A DNA stretch of 64,000 nt from a bacterium (GTDB lineage Bacteria > Zhuqueibacterota > Zhuqueibacteria > Residuimicrobiales > Krinioviventaceae): NCBI GenBank assembly GCA_963693055.1, contig OY843751.1, positions 832,001 through 896,000 of the forward strand. Direction: 5' to 3'. Below the pieces are notes generated by a model that saw nothing but the letters and a program-made list of their open reading frames with translations, was not told where the DNA came from and made no database searches. This document shows, piece by piece, positions 1-7,321 of the stretch. Position numbers and translations under genes: made by a program. Position 1 is the stretch's first letter; the number at the start of each line of letters is the position of its first letter.

Positions 1-462
1 GAAGGTGAAGAAGCGGCATTAACTCGATTGAAAAAAATTGCAAATATTTTGCAAAGTCGTTTTGTTGTGATACCCACCGAGAAAAAGGTGCTTTACCATC
101 TGGGTTGTGTAATGGCTTCAAACTATCTTGTATCTCTGATCTCCGGCGCTTTGGATGTAATGGACAATGTTGGTTTTACACCTGAAGATGCGTTCAAGAT
201 CATTCAACCACTGGTATCGAACACATTTGAAAATATAAAGCGGGATGGCCCTTCAAAAGCGGCTACCGGCCCCATTCCTCGTGGAGATATTGGAACTGTT
301 AAACAGCATGTCCAAAATTTAGAGCAATTTCAACCTGAAATGTTGGAGATCTATACAGCTCTGGGTAAACAGCTGGTAAAAACAGTTTATGATTTGCCAA
401 ACAGCGACAAAGCGACGCTGGATTCTATTAATGCATACCTGGATGATAGTAAAAAGAAATGA
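1..462 (+). CDS. DUF2520-domain (Rossmann-like) oxidoreductase-related protein, 5' partial
   Basis: Frame is open from base 1. Motifs YHLGCVMASNYLV and ATGPIPRGDIGTVKQH are typical of the DUF2520 C-terminal domain. Confidence 0.8.
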   Translation, partial: EGEEAALTRLKKIANILQSRFVVIPTEKKVLYHLGCVMASNYLVSLISGALDVMDNVGFTPEDAFKIIQPLVSNTFENIKRDGPSKAATGPIPRGDIGTVKQHVQNLEQFQPEMLEIYTALGKQLVKTVYDLPNSDKATLDSINAYLDDSKKK

Positions 463-1319
463 GTTTTTGTTTAGAATTTAAGAATGTTTTTTTTCAATAC
501 ACCGGCATAGGTGGATCCGATCGAAACATATTGCATGATATCTCTTTGAGCATTGAAAAGCCCGAATGTATTGCATTGGTTGGCCCAAGCGGTTCAGGAA
601 AAACTACCCTGGTGCAGCATTTTACGGGTCTTTTAAAGCCAGTAAGGGGTAGTATTAATTTTAACGGACGCAATATATGGGAAAAACCACATCAGTTTAC
701 GGCATTGCGTCAAAAAATCGGATTGGTCTTTCAATTCCCTGAATCACAATTGTTTGAGGAAACGGTTTTTAAAGATATTGCTTTTGGTCCTGAAAAGCTG
801 GGCGTGCCTAAAGATGAAATCTCTGAACGCATCCACTCGGCAATGAAAGCTGTGGGCCTGTCTTTTGATGATTTTGCAGAAAGATCGCCATTCAAACTGA
901 GTGAGGGAGAAAAGCGTCGAGTTGCTATTGCCGGTATTCTGGCTATGCAGCCCGAGATGGTTGTTATGGACGAGCCAACTGCAGGGCTGGATCCGCGAGG
1001 CGTGCGTCAGATTATTTCTATCATTGATTCACTTGTTGACTCTGGAATTGCTGTTGTATTAATTACACACAACATGGAGCTTGTTGCAAGGCTTGCCCAG
1101 AGGGTTATTGTGTTGAGAGATGGAGTAATCGTTTGGGATAATAGTCCAAAGTTATTGTTTGATAATGCCGATATACTGGCACAAACTCACCTGGAAGTAC
1201 CTGATACTGTTAAATTGTTAAAAAATCACCAGAGCCTGCTGAATATTGATATCAATTCCCCACCACTTGAAATCCTGCTGTCGGATTATGTCAAAACTTT
1301 TAAAAATATTTACTCCTGA
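459..1319 (+). CDS. ecfA2: ECF transporter ATPase (EcfA2/CbiO family)
   Basis: Walker A GPSGSGKT, Q-loop LVFQFPESQLFEETV, signature LSEGEKRRVAIAG, Walker B VVMDEPTAGLDP, H-switch ITH. Confidence 0.88.
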   Translation: MSFCLEFKNVFFQYTGIGGSDRNILHDISLSIEKPECIALVGPSGSGKTTLVQHFTGLLKPVRGSINFNGRNIWEKPHQFTALRQKIGLVFQFPESQLFEETVFKDIAFGPEKLGVPKDEISERIHSAMKAVGLSFDDFAERSPFKLSEGEKRRVAIAGILAMQPEMVVMDEPTAGLDPRGVRQIISIIDSLVDSGIAVVLITHNMELVARLAQRVIVLRDGVIVWDNSPKLLFDNADILAQTHLEVPDTVKLLKNHQSLLNIDINSPPLEILLSDYVKTFKNIYS

Positions 1320-1386
1320 AAGAGTGTTCAGGCATAATACAGACTGTTCAGTTGTTAAACATATGTTGATGATTATGATTAAAAAA

Positions 1387-1412
1387 CCTTAATTACGAAA
1401 AAGTAATTGAGG
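1387..1412. promoter_or_regulatory. Palindromic operator/enhancer candidate, AATTAC-N6-GTAATT core
   Basis: CCTTAATTAC-GAAAAA-GTAATTGAGG is a 9/10 inverted repeat ~105-130 bp upstream of the predicted sigma54 TSS. The same core recurs twice at 3302-3338. Confidence 0.55.
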
Positions 1413-1490
1413 CATCGTTAATGACTATAAATACATAACTTATGTTTGAATGGTTTGTTGTTTTTTAAAGGGTTATGAGGTGAGGATTTG

Positions 1491-1506
1491 TGGCAAACTA
1501 TTTGCA
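1491..1506 (+). promoter_or_regulatory. sigma54 (-24/-12) promoter
   Basis: TGGCAAACTATTTGCA has exact GG-N10-GC spacing and matches TGGCAC-N5-TTGC(A/T). It is followed by RBS GGAGGTGA (1534-1541) and ATG 1552. Confidence 0.75.
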
Positions 1507-1551
1507 CATGAACCATAGATGACTATGGAAAATGGAGGTGATTTACAGAAC

Positions 1552-2640
1552 ATGAATAACATCGGAGAGATTGAAGTATACAACCTGACAGATGTGGATT
1601 TTGATCATTTGGATACCATGTCAGTATCCACGCATGGATTGACAGGATTTGAGATGTATTATCCCAAAGTCAGCAAGAATCCTGAAATTAAAAAGATCTA
1701 CGAGTTGATCAAAAAAGTTGCCAAGAGTAATGCATCTGTTTTAATTCAAGGCGAAACCGGTACCGGTAAAGAATTAATAGCCGGTTCCATACAGGCGCAA
1801 AGCCTGCGTGCTAATAAACCTTTTGTCACTGTCAACTGTGCAGCATTGCATGAGAATTTGTTAGAGAGTGAATTGTTTGGTCACGAAAAAGGTGCTTTCA
1901 CCGGTGCTATTTCATCGCATTCCGGCAAGTTTGAGCAAGCAGATGGTGGAACACTTTTTCTGGACGAAATAGGAGATATGCATCCGTCAACACAAGCCAA
2001 GATCCTTAGGGTTTTGCAAGAGCAGACTTTTAATCGTATTGGCAGCAGTAAAATGATCAAGGTGGATGTTCGTATTATTGCGGCTACCAACAAGGACTTG
2101 TGGCAGGATATTGAAGACGGAAAATTCAGAGCTGATCTTTATTATCGTTTAAATGTTGTGCCCATGTATATACCCGCATTGCGTGAAAGACGTGAAGATA
2201 TACCCATGCTTGCGGAATATTTTAGACATAAATTTTCAAATGAAATCAAGAAAAATGTAGGACCTTTTACCGCAGAAGCTATTGATATTCTAAGAGAGCA
2301 TAGTTGGACCGGTAATATCAGAGAATTGCGCAATATTTTAGAACGCGCAGCCCTTGTTGTGCCTGAAGGAAGAGCAATTACTGCAGAGATATTGGGCATG
2401 TCTGGTAAAGATTATTTTGGTTCAGGTGGTATTGAACGCAGACAAGCAGAACGTACCGGTACCAATTTTAAATCGCTGAATCTGGAAGAAATAGAAAAAG
2501 AAGCTATTATTGTTGCGCTGCAACGTACCAGATGGGTACAAAAAGAGGCTGCAGCAATGTTGGGTATTTCACCCAGAGCTTTAAATTATAAAATTTCTCA
2601 ACACAATATAACACATCACGGATGGAGAAAACACAGCTAA
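1552..2640 (+). CDS. sigma54-dependent transcriptional activator (bEBP) without N-terminal sensor domain
   Basis: GETGTGKE, ESELFGHEKGAFTGA, LFLDEIGD, FRADLYYRL, C-terminal Fis-type HTH. Only ~45 aa precede the AAA+ domain. Start moved to 1552 because of the strong RBS. Confidence 0.9.
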   Translation: MNNIGEIEVYNLTDVDFDHLDTMSVSTHGLTGFEMYYPKVSKNPEIKKIYELIKKVAKSNASVLIQGETGTGKELIAGSIQAQSLRANKPFVTVNCAALHENLLESELFGHEKGAFTGAISSHSGKFEQADGGTLFLDEIGDMHPSTQAKILRVLQEQTFNRIGSSKMIKVDVRIIAATNKDLWQDIEDGKFRADLYYRLNVVPMYIPALRERREDIPMLAEYFRHKFSNEIKKNVGPFTAEAIDILREHSWTGNIRELRNILERAALVVPEGRAITAEILGMSGKDYFGSGGIERRQAERTGTNFKSLNLEEIEKEAIIVALQRTRWVQKEAAAMLGISPRALNYKISQHNITHHGWRKHS

Positions 2641-2673
2641 CGGAAGAAACGGATACGAGAAAATTGAAATTTT

Positions 2674-3288
2674 ATGATCACTAGAAAAAATTTTTTTGTT
2701 ATATATAAACTCATCATTACAATTATATGCTCTTTGGCCTTAATCTCCCCGGTATTGAGTCAGAGTGTTTCTCTGACTGTATCCTGGAACCAAAATTCAG
2801 AAGACGATATTTTCGGTTACAAGGTTTACTGGGGGACGCGTCATCAACAGTATGACCATCACAAATGGGTGTCTGAGAATAATACCACACTCGAAGATTT
2901 GAGAAGTGGATTGCGTTACTATGTTGTGGTAACGGCAGTCGATTACTGGGGTAATGAAAGTGCCTTTTCAGATGAAGTTTCTCAAATCGCCGGTAGTACC
3001 GAGGTGCCCGCGTATCTTGTCTTGGAGACCAATTATCCCAATCCATTCAATCATGATACTGCAATCGAGTTTTCTATTCCCGAGCGGACGAATGTTAATA
3101 TTCATATTTTCAACCGAATTGGGCAATTGGTAAAAGATATGCGAATTGGGCCTTTGGACAGCGGCAGACATGTACGATTTTGGGACGGGTTGGATGACCA
3201 GGGAAACAGGGTATCGTCAGGAATTTATTATTATCAATTACGATCAGGATCGGAATCGATAACAAAAAAAATGTCTCTGGTGCGATAA
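2674..3288 (+). CDS. Small secreted protein: fibronectin type III domain + T9SS-type/FlgD-Ig C-terminal domain
   Basis: Signal peptide; FN3 (VSWNQNSEDDIFGYKVYWG...VTAVDYWGNESAFS); CTD NYPNPFN...WDGLDDQGNRVSSGIYYY...KKMSLVR. Confidence 0.8.
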   Translation: MITRKNFFVIYKLIITIICSLALISPVLSQSVSLTVSWNQNSEDDIFGYKVYWGTRHQQYDHHKWVSENNTTLEDLRSGLRYYVVVTAVDYWGNESAFSDEVSQIAGSTEVPAYLVLETNYPNPFNHDTAIEFSIPERTNVNIHIFNRIGQLVKDMRIGPLDSGRHVRFWDGLDDQGNRVSSGIYYYQLRSGSESITKKMSLVR

Positions 3289-3301
3289 TGGGAAATGCAG
3301 C

Positions 3302-3338
3302 GATTACGCAGGCGTAATTAAATTACTTTTTTGTAATT
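3302..3338. promoter_or_regulatory. Tandem palindromes (G/A)ATTAC-N6-GTAATT
   Basis: GATTAC-GCAGGC-GTAATT (3302-3319) and AATTAC-TTTTTT-GTAATT (3321-3338), same core as 1391-1408. The first could also fold as a terminator hairpin. Confidence 0.5.
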
Positions 3339-3436
3339 AGGTGTTGCAGTGTTTCCGCAAATCCTGAAAAATTTACTACTTTTTTTACATGTTTTCTGGA
3401 TTTTTTTCCAATACTTGGTAATGAGATGAGGTTTTT

Positions 3437-6400
3437 ATGTATATATATATGGGGTATTTCAAGGCTTTATGTTTTGCGGTCCTGCTTTTCATTAGCCCAC
3501 TTTTGGCAATTGACCTGCAATTGAACTGGTACGAAAATACAGAACCTGATCTGGCTGGGTATACCATTTACTTTGGCAACCACAGCCGATTGTACGATCA
3601 AAAGGTTTCTACAGGCCTGGTAAGCAGTTACGTATTGAAGGACCTTGAAGAAAAGGTAGAGTATTATTTTGCAATAACAGCCTTTGATACTGCCGGTAAC
3701 GAGAGCGCTTATTCTGCAGAATCTATGTGTATATTAAATGACACAACCCCCCTCAAGATCGATTCAATAAACGTATTGAGCCTGAATGATTTAGAAGTCG
3801 TTTTTAATAAAAAAATTACTGCGCAAACCGCTCAGCAAATAGAGAATTATTTCATAACGCCGGATATTGATATTCAAAAAGCTGTACTCCAGACCGATGC
3901 GAAAAGTGTTCGACTGGTTACTGGTGAGCATGCTTTTGAGACCACATATCAACTGTCTGTTGATAATATTTCTGACATTGCGCTTCCTGCCAATACATTG
4001 TCTGAAACACAATTTAATTATATGGTTGACGCTCAGCAAATTGATCATATACCGCCGGTTGTTGCATCTGTTGAGCCATTGACAAACAATTCAATACTTG
4101 TCTATTTTGATGAACCTATTAACGCAAACCTGGATAGTACTCAATTTTCTACAAGTCCTGATATTGCGGTGCTGTCATTTGAACAAATATCAGCCAATGT
4201 TATTAAATTGCAGACGGCTCCACATCAACAGAACGTGGTTTATACATTAAATGTGAAAAATGTTTCCGATAATTCAGTGAATGTAAACACCATCCCCGAT
4301 GACAGTCGCTGCAGTTATTCCATTATAGCTGAATCTACAAATGCCCCCATAGTTGAACTGTGGGATGTGCCTGAAAAAGATCATGTGCAGTTGATGTTTA
4401 ATTCTGCTCCTGGAATCTTGGATGAAAACGATTTTGTGATTCCCGGAATAACGATCCATAATGTTTCCCTGGATTCAAGCGGCAGAATGTTGAATCTGTT
4501 TACATCCAATCACAAGGTTGGAGAGATATATAAACTTGAATATATGGGCAATTCTCAATCTATTGTAGAGCCATTTACAATGCACTATGAATATACTACC
4601 CCTGACACTCTGGCGCCTGTTTTACAAAAGATACGATTTTTGAATGATTCGGAAATCTGTTTACATTTTTCCGGCTCGCTTGAAGAAAGCGGTGCACTGG
4701 ATATTCAGAATTATGTTATTGATAATGGTATTAGTGTTTTGAATGCCGAGTTGTCTTTTTACAAGAACATTGTAACGCTTGAAACCACCCCCCATACGGT
4801 GAATTCAGATTATTCAATACAGCTGTACGGAATTGTAGATAATACATACCGTCATAACCGGATTGATTCAACCCGAATTTTTAATTATACTTTTTCAGAT
4901 ACAAAATATCCCCGTATTACAAAGATCGTCCAGATCGATTCGGTAATGATTGATGTTTATTTTAATGATCGACTTGATCCGGTAACTGCACAAGCTAAAT
5001 CTAATTACAGTTATGACGATACAGAGATGCAAATATATGCAGTTCAGCTAAGTAATGATGGTACTATTGTTCGTCTTGAGACGTTGCCACATAAAGAAGG
5101 TAAAATTTATTCGCTGCAAACACAAAATATCTTGTTTTTTGATAACAGCATAATTCCAGCCGGGTACAAGAGTGTTTATCGTTATGAATTTTTTGACAAA
5201 GATGTTACAGGACCGGTAATCCGTACCATTCGCGCCAAAGATGAAGAAAATCTCTATGTGCTGTTTAGTGAAGCCTTGGATAAAACCTCGGCGCAGGATG
5301 TAAGGAATTATGCTATATCCGATGGCATTCAAGTGTTGAGTGCAGCACTGAATGCAGAAAGAGATTTAGTGCATCTGGAGACCAGCTCGCATGACAAAAA
5401 ACAAAACTATACGCTTCAAGTTGAGAACATTTGTGATTCAAGCATGACCATGAATGTTTGTCCCGATGAGCATTCTTTTATTTATTCCATCGATCTTCCC
5501 GATGAACAGCCACCCTACATTAAACAAATTAAGGTGCTAGCATCGGATAAAATTGTAGTATTGTTTAATGAACCGGTAGCAGGTGCGAATGTAACTCAAG
5601 CCAGAAATTACTATATCGATCATGATATAGATGTAACGGATGTCAGTACCTCTTTATTGTCCAATCGTGTTGAGCTTACCACAACATTGATGGAACCCAA
5701 AGTTTATCAATTATATGTAAACAATATTGCAGACAGGTTCGGAAATATTCCAGAGGGTAACCCTTACTTTTATTTCAGTTATAGTGGAATGTCTACCAGT
5801 TTACAGGTTACGAATGTAGAACCTTTAACATCAAGCGAGTTGCTTGTAACATTTTCTCATGATCTGGAATCCTCAAGTGCTGCAAATGTTAACAATTATG
5901 CTATTGATCAGGGTATTCAAATTTTATCCGCCCGAATGGATGAAAATGAAAATCAGGTTGTTTTAACAACGAGCGATCATGTTTTAGAGGCTGAATATTT
6001 GTTGACAGTAGAGAATGTAACGTCAAAACAGGGCAAACGTACAGCGGATAAAGATTACACCCGCTTTCAGTATTATTTTTGTTCCGGTTATTCCGGCAAG
6101 CTTGCAATTCTATCAGTATCTTTGATGACGCCTGAACAGATTGAATTAAAATTTGATCAAAAAGTTAATTGGCAATCTGCTGAAAATATTGCCAATTATA
6201 AAATTGAGCCATTTGTAGAACTCGAGACGGTTACCCTTGCTGATGATGATCAAACGGTTATACTGTCAAGTAATCAGCATTTTCAGGCAATACCATATAC
6301 TCTCAGGGTTTCAGATGTAGTGCCTGTTGATGATTCTATTGAAACGAGTGATAGCTATTATGGTGTTTACCATTATCTTTCACTGCTGGATGTATTGTTG

Positions 6401-7165
6401 CCGGATAATTCAGAGATTGACGTTGAATATGTTCAGGTGGGCAAACCCTATTATACTGATCGTGATTATGTTCTAACAGCAGTCCCCGAAGCACTTGAAG
6501 GCTCAAGAATGATCAAAACTCCGAACGATGACAAGAGTAACGAGGCCCCTGATTATTTACCCATGTCGCTCACTCAAAATGCTGTGATTTATATAGCATA
6601 CGATTCCCGTGTTGAATCAGTACCGCAATGGCTGAATGAAAAGTTTAAAAAAACATCTTTGCCCCTGGGTGTAACGGACCAGGTAGAAAAGCTGGATATC
6701 TGGAGAGGATATTTCAAGTCCGGTGAATTGACACTGGGGGGAAATTCCGCTGAAGGGGCTATCAATGCCAAGAGCATGTACGTAGTATTTGTAGCTGAAC
6801 CCACTCAGGAAGTGGTTGAAGATATATTAAAAGGGGATGATACTGATGGGAACGGTGAAATACCCGAAACATTTGTGCTGTATCAAAATTATCCCAATCC
6901 ATTTAATCCGTCTACAAAAATCCGTTTTGATCTAAACGCAGACCAGTACATAACTTTGCAGGTATTTAATGTATTGGGGCGTAAAGTGAAAACTTTGTAT
7001 GATGCATATGCACCTGCCGGATATTATGAATTAGAATGGCAGGGTGAAAATGAAGCGGATAACAAGGTTGCTGCAGGATTATATTTTTACAGGTTTGAGA
7101 TGCGTACACCAAATGGACAATCAGGTGTACAAACTCTTGTCAAGAAAATGTTGCTTATCCGATAG
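3437..7165 (+). CDS. Large secreted surface protein: FN3 + nine ~97-aa Ig-like repeats + uncharacterised domain + T9SS-type/FlgD-Ig CTD
   Basis: Signal peptide; FN3 (WYENTEPDLAGY...TAFDTAGNESAYS); repeats DxxP...l.V.F...A....NY.I...V.L.TxxH...Y.L.V.NI.D; CTD LYQNYPNPFNPST...KKMLLIR. Confidence 0.8.
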   Translation: MYIYMGYFKALCFAVLLFISPLLAIDLQLNWYENTEPDLAGYTIYFGNHSRLYDQKVSTGLVSSYVLKDLEEKVEYYFAITAFDTAGNESAYSAESMCILNDTTPLKIDSINVLSLNDLEVVFNKKITAQTAQQIENYFITPDIDIQKAVLQTDAKSVRLVTGEHAFETTYQLSVDNISDIALPANTLSETQFNYMVDAQQIDHIPPVVASVEPLTNNSILVYFDEPINANLDSTQFSTSPDIAVLSFEQISANVIKLQTAPHQQNVVYTLNVKNVSDNSVNVNTIPDDSRCSYSIIAESTNAPIVELWDVPEKDHVQLMFNSAPGILDENDFVIPGITIHNVSLDSSGRMLNLFTSNHKVGEIYKLEYMGNSQSIVEPFTMHYEYTTPDTLAPVLQKIRFLNDSEICLHFSGSLEESGALDIQNYVIDNGISVLNAELSFYKNIVTLETTPHTVNSDYSIQLYGIVDNTYRHNRIDSTRIFNYTFSDTKYPRITKIVQIDSVMIDVYFNDRLDPVTAQAKSNYSYDDTEMQIYAVQLSNDGTIVRLETLPHKEGKIYSLQTQNILFFDNSIIPAGYKSVYRYEFFDKDVTGPVIRTIRAKDEENLYVLFSEALDKTSAQDVRNYAISDGIQVLSAALNAERDLVHLETSSHDKKQNYTLQVENICDSSMTMNVCPDEHSFIYSIDLPDEQPPYIKQIKVLASDKIVVLFNEPVAGANVTQARNYYIDHDIDVTDVSTSLLSNRVELTTTLMEPKVYQLYVNNIADRFGNIPEGNPYFYFSYSGMSTSLQVTNVEPLTSSELLVTFSHDLESSSAANVNNYAIDQGIQILSARMDENENQVVLTTSDHVLEAEYLLTVENVTSKQGKRTADKDYTRFQYYFCSGYSGKLAILSVSLMTPEQIELKFDQKVNWQSAENIANYKIEPFVELETVTLADDDQTVILSSNQHFQAIPYTLRVSDVVPVDDSIETSDSYYGVYHYLSLLDVLLPDNSEIDVEYVQVGKPYYTDRDYVLTAVPEALEGSRMIKTPNDDKSNEAPDYLPMSLTQNAVIYIAYDSRVESVPQWLNEKFKKTSLPLGVTDQVEKLDIWRGYFKSGELTLGGNSAEGAINAKSMYVVFVAEPTQEVVEDILKGDDTDGNGEIPETFVLYQNYPNPFNPSTKIRFDLNADQYITLQVFNVLGRKVKTLYDAYAPAGYYELEWQGENEADNKVAAGLYFYRFEMRTPNGQSGVQTLVKKMLLIR

Positions 7166-7321
7166 TGGTTTTGGGGGAATTGATTTTCTCAGTTTTACCA
7201 ATAACTGTAAATCAGTCAAGGTTAATGAATTTGGTTGATTAAATTGCTTTGATTGCCTATATTTATATTCTAAACTCTGGAGAATATAGTTATTTTTAAA
7301 GCAATCCTCAAATATTCAAGT

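Noticed and set aside
1519-1551. Upstream ATGs of the activator
   Set aside because: They lie at the predicted TSS. The strong RBS supports ATG 1552.
3359-3403. 12-bp imperfect inverted repeat AAATCCTGAAAA / TTTTCTGGATTT
   Set aside because: Low complexity, single occurrence, no recombinase nearby; not enough to call an invertible element or operator.
7232-7248. TGG...TTGC sigma54-like element before the exporter
   Set aside because: GG-to-GC spacing is 11 nt rather than the strictly required 10.
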